In this document: positions 10,519 to 19,288 of the stretch, piece by piece
Layout of the letters: the number at the start of each line of letters is the position of its first letter
Position numbering within the stretch: the first letter of the stretch is position 1
Assembly (NCBI RefSeq): GCF_964204645.1
Contig: NC_134028.1
Location: 12,943,263 to 13,007,262 of the forward strand
DNA: 64,000 nucleotides
From: Tubulanus polymorphus
Lineage: Eukaryota; Animalia; Nemertea
Direction: 5' to 3'
Notes under the pieces: model-generated
The model's database searches: none
What the model was told of the DNA's origin: nothing
The model's input: the letters and a program-made list of their open reading frames with translations, nothing else
Program-made: the position numbers and the translations under genes

Positions 10519-11107
10519 AGATCTATTTATATTTGAACCACATAATATGTTAGTTACTGGAGTTACAAATTGTGGTAAAACACACTTCATATTATATTTA
10601 TTAGAAACTATTTATAAAAATCATTTCGATAATATAATATTATTCTGCCCAACTTATGAAATGAATGAAACGTATAATAGAGATATAGTTTTTAAAGATA
10701 AAAAGTTTATTATATTAAATTCTAAAACAGTAAAAGATAATTTAGATAATTGTATAAAAATTGCATTAGATATTTATAAAGGATCTAATACATTATTTAT
10801 TATCGATGATTGCGCAAATTTACATGATTCTAAAATTAGAGAAAGCGAGTTATGTTATTTAGCTTTCTCTGGTAGACATTTTGGGATAACAACATGGGTT
10901 TTAAATCAGAAATATAATTCAATTGTGAAAGATTTTAGAGAGAATATAAGATTTCTAGTTTTATTCTACAACAAAGATAGAAAATCTATGCAACAATCAT
11001 TGGAAGAAAATCAAATTATACCTACTGAATTACATGATGAATATATGAATAAATTAAAAAATAATAAAGGTTCAAAATTATTACTGAGATTACAATTTTT
11101 TTTATGA
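10511..11107 (+). CDS. A32/FtsK-like genome packaging ATPase
   Basis: Walker A GVTNCGKT, Walker B LFIIDD, SGRH and LNQKY motifs. The C-terminus is altered by a T-run relative to copy 2 (QFPYEYKFRK). Confidence 0.92.
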   Translation: MNKDLFIFEPHNMLVTGVTNCGKTHFILYLLETIYKNHFDNIILFCPTYEMNETYNRDIVFKDKKFIILNSKTVKDNLDNCIKIALDIYKGSNTLFIIDDCANLHDSKIRESELCYLAFSGRHFGITTWVLNQKYNSIVKDFRENIRFLVLFYNKDRKSMQQSLEENQIIPTELHDEYMNKLKNNKGSKLLLRLQFFL

Positions 11108-11139
11108 ATATAAATTTATAAAATAACTATTTGTATACC

Positions 11140-11228
11140 TATGTATTAGATACCCTAATACCTGATACCCTTATACCTGATACCCTAATACCTGATACCC
11201 TAATACCTGATACCCTATTAGATACCTT
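11140..11228 (+). repeat. 15-bp minisatellite (CCTGATACCCTAATA)n at the convergence of the two gene blocks
   Basis: About four full units plus flanking partial units between the ATPase stop and the stop of ORF 11301-12257. Confidence 0.85.
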
Positions 11229-11300
11229 AAATAATTTAAACCCCCTTTTTTATTTACTATTATTTTATACAATTTTCAACCTTTATTATTCGAGTTTTAG

Positions 11301-12257
11301 TTAATCAATTTCTGAATCACTTTCACTATAAGACGCTAACAATTTATTTAAATGCTCTACCGAATCTTCTTCAACATCTTTATAATTTTTTTTCACCTTT
11401 TTCACCTTTTTCACCTTTTTTACCTTTTTCATATTTTTTACTAAATCATCAATAGTTGTTTTATTGTTAAGTTTATTGATCCAATCAAATTTATCATTAT
11501 TTTCTACTTTAAGTTTTATAGAATCTTTATTATCAATATGTTTAACTGTAACTATATCATCATGTGGGTGTATGACATCATTTTCATTATCATCTTTATT
11601 AGTGTTTGATCCTAATATTTCATTTACAGTGTTTGATCCTAATATTTCATTAGCATCGGTTAAATCTAATTCATCTTTATTAGGTGTTGCTAATAATAAA
11701 TCTTCATATATTTTTTCACCATTTACTTTTTTATTTGAAACAAATTTTGTAACATATCTAAATGGGTGTTCTATAAATTCTCTTAAACCAACACGTTCTA
11801 TAACATTAGTAATATGTGAATTTGTATTCATATGTTTATTCCAATTTGATGGAGCGTTTGAAAATTCACCATTACAATAATCACAATAACTTCTATTTTC
11901 ACTAACATTTAATATTATTGCATTATTATATGTAGAAGGTATTATATTATTTGATGTAGAGGGTACTACAGATGTAGAAGGTATTATGTTATTAGATGTA
12001 GAAGGTATTACATTATTAGATGTAGAAGGTATTACGTTATTAGATGTAGAAGGTATTACATTATTATCAATTACATTACTTAAATTATCAACAACACCAC
12101 TTTTATTATTATCGATTTCTATCAGTTTAGTTTTATAATTTTTAAAAATAGGATCAAATATCAAAGCTATATTACAAGGTATTACATAATATAAACCATC
12201 ATTATTTTCATGTGTATCGATGTATGGAATATGTTTATATACTTTACCTCCTTCCAT
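11301..12257 (-). CDS. Accessory protein with (NNVIPSTS)n repeats, C2H2-like zinc finger and (KKV)n tail
   Basis: CDYC...HMNTNSH; internal tandem peptide repeats; conserved upstream motif. Confidence 0.7.
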   Translation of the reverse strand: MEGGKVYKHIPYIDTHENNDGLYYVIPCNIALIFDPIFKNYKTKLIEIDNNKSGVVDNLSNVIDNNVIPSTSNNVIPSTSNNVIPSTSNNIIPSTSVVPSTSNNIIPSTYNNAIILNVSENRSYCDYCNGEFSNAPSNWNKHMNTNSHITNVIERVGLREFIEHPFRYVTKFVSNKKVNGEKIYEDLLLATPNKDELDLTDANEILGSNTVNEILGSNTNKDDNENDVIHPHDDIVTVKHIDNKDSIKLKVENNDKFDWINKLNNKTTIDDLVKNMKKVKKVKKVKKVKKNYKDVEEDSVEHLNKLLASYSESDSEID

Positions 12258-12289
12258 TTATTATATAAATTTTTATTAAAGTTAAAATT

Positions 12290-13537
12290 TTAATACATAA
12301 CACTATCTAATTGTGAATTTATAATATTTAATTGTGCGTCAGATATAATATAAATGTGCATTTTAAAATTTTTAATTCCTTTTTTCTTTGTCATGAATAA
12401 TTGTATTCCATCTTTAGTGTTCTGTAGTTTTTTCCCAGAACCATGTAATAAGTTATCTTCAGTTGTTCTAAAATCTAACCATAATGCAAATTTATTACCG
12501 GTATAATAATCAATTTGATTAATGTTACAATTTTCAAATGATTTTACTTTTTCATTCATAAAATGTTTTTTAATTTCTACCCATTGATCAATCATTCTCA
12601 TTCCTTGACAAAATATTTTATTTGCTATTCCTTCGATAGTTATTTTTACTTTTGTTATTTCAGGATTATAATAATTATCAACATTTATTGCGCCATTAGT
12701 ATACGTTCCAATAGTAAAAAATATTAATATACCTTTAATAGATCTTCTAGGAAAGTTAATATTCTCATTTATTATTTCATCATTTGCATTAATAGTTACA
12801 GTTTTAAATTTATCAATATAATCATATAATAATGAAAACCCTTGATTGTATTTAGTTTGAATTATACTTGAAATATTTTCATCAGTTACTGTATCATATT
12901 CTAAACATATATTCGATAATTTATAACTCATATCTTTATTAACGCTAGATATTACAATTTCATTTACAGGAGCAAATGTTATCTCAAATATAATATCTTC
13001 TTGAATTGCGTATTTATATAAAGGTGCATTATTATTTATCAATTCAAAGTCTAATGGAATTTTATATTTGCTTCCATATATACTTTTTATTAATTTATCT
13101 ACATCATTTGTTAATATTGCGCTATTAGCTTCTGATCTTAATTTATTTTGGTTTTCTGATTGAATTCCTTGAAATATCATATTATTTCTATTTTCTTTAG
13201 TTAACCATAAATCTTTATAATGCATAAATAAATTATAATCATCTAATGAGAAAACTGTTTCTGGACCAATCTTTATTGTTAACTTTTTAATCAAATATCT
13301 TCCAACATTATCAACAACATAATTATTATTATTACCGATTACTTTTATATCAGCTGATAAATAAATACTGTTTGGAACATAAAAAGTATTTTGTGTTAAT
13401 CTAGGAATTCTAACGTATAAAGTTTCATCGGGATTAATATTTGAAGGGTTATGAGTAATTATATGATGTGATCTTTCTGCTTTAATAGCATTAGATATTC
13501 TATGATTCTTAGAAGGATTGATATAACTCCCACTCAT
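12290..13537 (-). CDS. Putative major capsid protein (double jelly-roll)
   Basis: 415 aa, beta-strand-rich pattern (ETLYVRIP, IYLSADIKV, LIKKLTIKIG, FALWLDFR), typical size and position, strongly conserved in copy 2. The fold is inferred. Confidence 0.75.
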   Translation of the reverse strand: MSGSYINPSKNHRISNAIKAERSHHIITHNPSNINPDETLYVRIPRLTQNTFYVPNSIYLSADIKVIGNNNNYVVDNVGRYLIKKLTIKIGPETVFSLDDYNLFMHYKDLWLTKENRNNMIFQGIQSENQNKLRSEANSAILTNDVDKLIKSIYGSKYKIPLDFELINNNAPLYKYAIQEDIIFEITFAPVNEIVISSVNKDMSYKLSNICLEYDTVTDENISSIIQTKYNQGFSLLYDYIDKFKTVTINANDEIINENINFPRRSIKGILIFFTIGTYTNGAINVDNYYNPEITKVKITIEGIANKIFCQGMRMIDQWVEIKKHFMNEKVKSFENCNINQIDYYTGNKFALWLDFRTTEDNLLHGSGKKLQNTKDGIQLFMTKKKGIKNFKMHIYIISDAQLNIINSQLDSVMY

Positions 13538-13561
13538 TTATTTAACAAAAAAATTAATTAT

Positions 13562-15256
13562 TTATTTTTTGATATTTTTTGATATCATATTTACTAAACC
13601 AAAAATAATAGCACTTACAACTGTAATTAAAAATAAAATAATATGTTCAGCAGCAAAGTTAATAATGTTTCCTGCAGATTTCAATATAAAACCAACAATT
13701 GAAGCAATAACTCCTGGTAATGCTGCAGCAGATTTTTTAGATAGTTCCCATAAATATTTTGCTAATTTCTTTAAACCATCTTTAACTTTATCTTGTATAG
13801 AATTATTACCTGGAGGTTTATCTGGTTTATTTGGAGTAGGAGTAGATTTCAAAGCATTTGATATAGCTAAACCAATTGTTGTAAATACCATAGTTACACC
13901 AGTTAGAATTGAAAGAATTGTTATTCCTTCTAATTTAAATAACAATTTTATTCTATCTTTTAATGATATTTCAGAATCTGGTTTAATCAACAAATCTTTA
14001 AAAATAACTTTTAATTTTTTAATATGATTAAGATCATATGATTTTAATAATATATCTCTTTCTTCTTTTTGTAATTTTATGTTATATTCTAAATCATCTA
14101 TTTCTTTTACTAAAGCTAACTTTCTGCTTTCAAAATCAGCTTCATAAATTACTTGATGATTTCTATTTAATTCTAATTGTTTTAATTCTTCATCTACATT
14201 AACTAATTCTTTTTCTAACATGGTTATTTTAGAAAATCTCATCTTAATATTAGCAATTTCATCAGCTGATACTTGTATACCTTTAATTTCTCTACGTATT
14301 TGTTCAGGAAATGCTTCTAATTCTTCATCAGTTAAATTAAGAAATCCTTTTTCTAGTAAATATTGCAGTCGATTTATTCCAGTTTCAGAACCAGATGTAT
14401 CTGATATACTATTCATCAGTTCTTCTGAATCTCTTAATCTATCAATTTGTTTTTCTAATTGTAATTGACTTGAATAATTATCAATTTGTTGAGTGTCTCT
14501 TCTCGATGTTTCGGGTGTTGAAGATCTCAATCTATCTAATCGATTTCTATTCTCTTCCATTTCTGGATCAAAATCAGTAGGATTTGGATTTGGATTTTTA
14601 AATGGTGAATATTTGTTTATATCAATTTTAGGAATTGGTTTTTCTTCATTTATTCTATCGATTGCATTCCATATAATTCTGAGAAATTCTCTACCACCTT
14701 TTGAATTTTCAATTGTAGATCTTGCTCGCATTTCAGGTTCAAAAATATTTTCTTGACCCATTTTAGATAATTGAATTGTTACAATATTCCTATTTAAATC
14801 AAGATTATAATACCATGTATCATTTTTAAATTCTAAATTATTTGTGAAATATGGGTCATCTTTAAAAATTTGTTCTACAACATCTTCAGTATCAATTTCA
14901 TCTGTTACATCTGATGGTAACAATTCGTTAACAATTGTATCTGTTACTCTAGATTTCATTAAATATAAATCTTCTTTCAATTCAGGATCAGTTGTATTTA
15001 CTAATCTATTCATTAAATCTTTTCTTTCTCTTCTAGTTGTAATTATACCCCTTTCAGGAGCTTCTAAATATTTATTTAATTTTTCACGTAATTCGGGATC
15101 ATCATCATCATCATCTTCACCTAAATTAGTATTATATGTTGATTCATCATTATTATCAATATTAGCACCTGCATCATTATAATCATCATCAATATATCCT
15201 TCATTATCATTTCCCATGTCATCCAATGGAATATCTTCTCCACCTTCTACATCCAT
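13562..15256 (-). CDS. 564-aa protein: acidic N-terminus, coiled coil, C-terminal hydrophobic/TM segments
   Basis: D/E-rich start; heptad region; ITILSILTGVTMVFTTIGLAI, ALPGVIASIVGFIL and IILFLITVVSAIIFGLV hydrophobic stretches. Confidence 0.8.
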   Translation of the reverse strand: MDVEGGEDIPLDDMGNDNEGYIDDDYNDAGANIDNNDESTYNTNLGEDDDDDDPELREKLNKYLEAPERGIITTRRERKDLMNRLVNTTDPELKEDLYLMKSRVTDTIVNELLPSDVTDEIDTEDVVEQIFKDDPYFTNNLEFKNDTWYYNLDLNRNIVTIQLSKMGQENIFEPEMRARSTIENSKGGREFLRIIWNAIDRINEEKPIPKIDINKYSPFKNPNPNPTDFDPEMEENRNRLDRLRSSTPETSRRDTQQIDNYSSQLQLEKQIDRLRDSEELMNSISDTSGSETGINRLQYLLEKGFLNLTDEELEAFPEQIRREIKGIQVSADEIANIKMRFSKITMLEKELVNVDEELKQLELNRNHQVIYEADFESRKLALVKEIDDLEYNIKLQKEERDILLKSYDLNHIKKLKVIFKDLLIKPDSEISLKDRIKLLFKLEGITILSILTGVTMVFTTIGLAISNALKSTPTPNKPDKPPGNNSIQDKVKDGLKKLAKYLWELSKKSAAALPGVIASIVGFILKSAGNIINFAAEHIILFLITVVSAIIFGLVNMISKNIKK

Positions 15257-15272
15257 TTACATAATAAAAAAA

Positions 15273-16661
15273 TTAAAATTTAAAATATAATATTCCTCCG
15301 ATTACAATTCCTATACAAGTTATAGCTAATTTAGTATTTTCATGGGATTTATTATCATCATTTAGTTTAATTATATCATGTTGAATTTTATCAGTTCTAT
15401 TATTTTCTGATGTATTGTAATCTTTTATTTTAGAATCATTATTTAATTTAATATTCTTAGTTTTAGTTTCAGTTGATTGAATATGTTTTTTATTTTTTTC
15501 ACCTTCCATTAATTTTGGAGCAGTAATAATCTTTTTATTTATATCATTCAATCCAAATGAATTATTTATTGTTGCAGTTTTAATTAGATTATTATAACCA
15601 ATTATATTTCCCATCTTCAATACTAAATCATTAGAAATAATTAATAGATTAGGGCCTATACAATAATTAAGTCTTACATGAGATTTATCTAAATAATTTT
15701 GATATCTTATAATGTTTTCTGGAATCGATCTATTTTTATCATTATGAATTGAATCTTCAAATAAAACTTTAAACTGTTTTTGTGTATCGAATGATGTATT
15801 CAAATTTCCAATTATTGGGGATCTTGTTTCAACTTGTGATCCTAGAATACAAATCAAATAAGTTCTAATAGATTGATTTATTCTTTCTATACCTGATTTA
15901 GTAAAACCTTCACTATTTTCTAAAATAAAATAAACCCAACCATTTTTGTTTTCTTGTTTTAAATTATCATAAAATTTTGGTAATTTATTGAAATTGAATG
16001 TTTCTAAATCCTTTGTTTCTATTTTACCATAACCTAATTTTTTATTATAGATATTATAAAAACTATTAGATGGTATAGGAAGTGCACAATATTCTGCAAT
16101 CTTTTTAGGGCAAGGAAGTGATCTTATTGTTCCAATTTTTGTTCTAAAATCAGAATTATTTATATCTATATTAAATTCATTGCAAATTTTATAAAACTTA
16201 GATAAATTAATATTATTATCTAATTCTTTAAAATATCTAGATCCTGGTAAAGCACACTCTAATTCATTTAATATTATTCTGATTTGAAAGTATGTATGAA
16301 ATCTAAATAAACTTTGAATTAGTTTATATTTAGAATTATTCAAATGATCATTCCAACTAATTCCACATCCTGTTGTTGCACAATAAACAGCAAAATTTAA
16401 TTGGTTCTGCCAATACTTCATATTAGATTTTAATAACCATTGTTTTTCATCTTTCAATTTTTTAAAATTAATTAAATATACATGAAATATATTTTCCATC
16501 TTTGCATTAAAATTATTAGTTTCAGTAACATAAATTTCTAAATTAGTTAATGAATCTAAAACTTCATTTCTATATGTAATATCTTTATTAAAATCTATTG
16601 CTGGAATATTATATTTAATTGATTTATTATATCGGAAAGTTTTTGGAAAACTATCTACCAT
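15273..16661 (-). CDS. 462-aa conserved Polinton protein with C-terminal membrane anchor
   Basis: WQNQLNFAVYCATTGCGIS conserved in copy 2; C-terminal LAITCIGIVIGGILYF. Confidence 0.78.
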   Translation of the reverse strand: MVDSFPKTFRYNKSIKYNIPAIDFNKDITYRNEVLDSLTNLEIYVTETNNFNAKMENIFHVYLINFKKLKDEKQWLLKSNMKYWQNQLNFAVYCATTGCGISWNDHLNNSKYKLIQSLFRFHTYFQIRIILNELECALPGSRYFKELDNNINLSKFYKICNEFNIDINNSDFRTKIGTIRSLPCPKKIAEYCALPIPSNSFYNIYNKKLGYGKIETKDLETFNFNKLPKFYDNLKQENKNGWVYFILENSEGFTKSGIERINQSIRTYLICILGSQVETRSPIIGNLNTSFDTQKQFKVLFEDSIHNDKNRSIPENIIRYQNYLDKSHVRLNYCIGPNLLIISNDLVLKMGNIIGYNNLIKTATINNSFGLNDINKKIITAPKLMEGEKNKKHIQSTETKTKNIKLNNDSKIKDYNTSENNRTDKIQHDIIKLNDDNKSHENTKLAITCIGIVIGGILYFKF

Positions 16662-16679
16662 TTATATAACTAAAAAAAT

Positions 16680-17115
16680 TAATAATTTATTAATTCTTTT
16701 AATAATTTATCTTGTTCTTCAACTGTTATATGACCATTTAAACTTATTATATAATCTAGTGTGTTCTTTAATTTATTAATTTCTTTTTTATATTAGATTT
16801 TATTTTTTCTTTATTACTTTTTATATTTAATTTTGAACTTATACCAGTTAAAACACTTGAACTTAATCCTAATACACCAATTGATATAGCTAAAGGTGTT
16901 AATGGACTGAATATTGCTAGAAATGTTATTACAGAACTAATTGTAACCGAACCACTGATAATAAGATAATATATAATTTTACTTTTTAAATATTTTTTCT
17001 TTTTTATCTTTAAGTCACTTTCAAATTCTAATATTTGTTTTTCTAAATATGTTTTTAATTTAGTTTTATTTATATCATGAGGAATAATATCAATACTATC
17101 AACTTTATCTTCCAT
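16680..17115 (-). pseudogene. Two-TM membrane protein, C-terminally frameshifted in P1
   Basis: ORF 16768-17115 stops early relative to the intact 144-aa homolog at 57501-57935; two hydrophobic segments. Confidence 0.7.
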
Positions 17116-17134
17116 TTATTTAGAATAAAAATTA

Positions 17135-17538
17135 CTAATTAGTAAACTTATAAGCAACAAATATAACAATAACTAAAATCCAAATTATTTCATATTTCTG
17201 TTGTTCTTTACTTGGGGTATAATAATCTGATAATTTAGGTTTGTATAGATGTAATTTTTCTTTATTGGTTACCGCGTTATATAAACTCATTGCATCATCA
17301 ACTGATTGAAAATCTCTATGTGAAATCTTCTGATCATATAATTCTTTATTGATGTAATCCATATAGTTTTGTTTCTTTTCTCTATATTCTTCTGCAGCTT
17401 TATTGTATTTCTCTAACGTCTTCTTTGTTCTCCTAATGAACTATTTTTATCAATATGCTTAAATAAATAACCACCACCAGTAAATGCTAAAGCGTTAACA
17501 ATTGCTGATCCTATAATAGTTATAATTGCAGAAGCCAT
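17135..17538 (-). pseudogene. Membrane protein (MASAIITIIGSAIVNALAFTGGGYLF...), frameshifted
   Basis: ATG at 17538 in T7-N6-TAAATG context with a hydrophobic N-terminus; ORF 17135-17362 supplies the C-terminal part with a TM tail. Confidence 0.65.
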
Positions 17539-17562
17539 TTATTTAGCAAAAAAATTATGCAT

Positions 17563-17784
17563 TTATATGGGAGGAATATATTTTTGTTTTTCCAAATAAT
17601 CAATAGTTAAATTAGATAAAGTAACTGCTAATGTTAACTTTAAAATATCATTTATATCAAATCTATCAACATTAACACTTCCCATTTTGAATACTTTTTT
17701 TAATACCATTGAATAACCAACAGTTCCAACTGATAGTAATGCGCCATTATATAATCCAGTTATTATCCACTTATTATCACTCAT
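17563..17784 (-). CDS. 73-aa small hydrophobic protein
   Basis: Tightly packed ORF with T7-N6-TAAATG start; two amphipathic or hydrophobic segments. Confidence 0.7.
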   Translation of the reverse strand: MSDNKWIITGLYNGALLSVGTVGYSMVLKKVFKMGSVNVDRFDINDILKLTLAVTLSNLTIDYLEKQKYIPPI

Positions 17785-18126
17785 TTATTTATCAAAAAAA
17801 TTACTATCATCAAAATATTTAGTTAACTTATTTATGATTAATTCAACATTTATTTCATTACTACTTTTATGATTATCATATATTTTGGATAATATGTTTT
17901 TGATATCTTCAATAATTCCATCTTCATTTAATTCATAATATTCTAAAGGTGATTTAATTAAATCAATTACTTTTTCTATATTATACTTTTCTTTATCAAT
18001 CATTGATGCATTGTTAAATGATTTACTTTTTATATCAGTAATTACATCATTTAGTTTAATTCTCATTTCTTTACCATGTTTAAAATCAAACCCAAAACAT
18101 ATACTCGGTCCAACAGTTATATTCAT
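17785..18126 (-). CDS. 113-aa hypothetical protein
   Basis: T7-N7-TAAATG start; its stop abuts the next ATG. Confidence 0.65.
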   Translation of the reverse strand: MNITVGPSICFGFDFKHGKEMRIKLNDVITDIKSKSFNNASMIDKEKYNIEKVIDLIKSPLEYYELNEDGIIEDIKNILSKIYDNHKSSNEINVELIINKLTKYFDDSNFFDK

Positions 18127-18143
18127 TTATATAGTGAAAAAAA

Positions 18144-18901
18144 TTACTCTCTACATCTTATAACTAATTCATAAATTACAGGGAAATTATTTAAATCAAT
18201 TAAGTATCCATTATGATTTCTTATTTCTAATCTAAAATTATTAAATTTAGGAATGCAAGGTTTGAAATCACATTCTGTTAAATTATAATTTATTTGCGTT
18301 CCAAATTCTTTAACATTTTTTAATGGTAAAATATTTAATATACTAGAATTACATGTTGTATCTTTAGTTGCTTCGAATGTTTTTGTTGGGTCAATTAAAT
18401 TGCAATAAATATAAAAATGTGTAAAAGGTATTATATTTGAAATACCTTCTACGTTTACTGTAACAACATCTGGTTCAATTCCTAGCAATTTAGCTATAGG
18501 TTTTTTACCATAAATGCATGTTGACTTTCATCAAATACCTTTATTTTAATTCTATTTGAGCTATCACTTTTTATAAATCTTATTAAAAATTTATCATCTT
18601 TTCTAATTTTCAACCGTGCTCTACGATTAATTTCTTGCGCTAATGTTTCTAAATTATATAATCCTGGTCTTAGAAATAGATGAAACAATTTATTTATATT
18701 TCTAATATGAATTAAAAAAGTATTATGTTCAATAGTTTTATTCGATATATTGTAAAAAGAATTACATAAACTTATATTTACTAATTTTAAATCTACACAA
18801 TTTTTGAATTCTCTATCTAATTGTACTAATAAATTATGTGATTTATAATTTGTAAGTTTTCTAGAATCAACAAATATTCTGTATTCTTTTAATTCCGCCA
18901 T
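18144..18901 (-). pseudogene. Putative minor capsid (penton) protein, split by a frameshift
   Basis: ORFs 18494-18901 and 18144-18488 together give YRIFVDSR...LVNISLCNSFYNIS and FYIYCNLID...FRLEIRNHNGYLIDLNNFPVIYELVIR, a typical penton pattern. Confidence 0.7.
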
Positions 18902-18918
18902 TTATTTTACATATTTTC

Positions 18919-19260
18919 TTATTCGAAATCTATTTCATGGTGCCCTTTTTCATTCTTACCTTTGTATACGAAATAGAAATCTCCAGAACATAATTCTTCT
19001 AGATCTTCACTTGATAATCTATGAAATCTATCTGGTAAATAAGTTCTGAATTTATGTGTATTTTCTTTTAATCCTTCATATTCTAAGTGTATAACTAATT
19101 TATCTCCATATTTGTTAGTAATTGTAACAATATTTGTAATTAAATATTTCTTGTGAATTGTTAACTCAGTTAGTTTTTTAAATTTATAATCTACAGATTT
19201 GACGCTTGAAGTATCTTTAATTCTATCTAAGAATTCACTGTGTACTTGTTTACTCTCCAT
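18919..19260 (-). CDS. 113-aa conserved protein adjacent to polB (possible OB-fold ssDNA-binding protein)
   Basis: Conserved in P3 (63269-63623); beta-rich; TNKYG and YLPDRF motifs. Function is inferred. Confidence 0.7.
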   Translation of the reverse strand: MESKQVHSEFLDRIKDTSSVKSVDYKFKKLTELTIHKKYLITNIVTITNKYGDKLVIHLEYEGLKENTHKFRTYLPDRFHRLSSEDLEELCSGDFYFVYKGKNEKGHHEIDFE

Positions 19261-19288
19261 TTATTATACAAATTTTTATTGAAATTTA

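Noticed and set aside
13569-15182. Plus-strand ORFs overlapping the 564-aa gene (also 11464-11880 and 56357-56650)
   Set aside because: Antisense shadows of real minus-strand genes.
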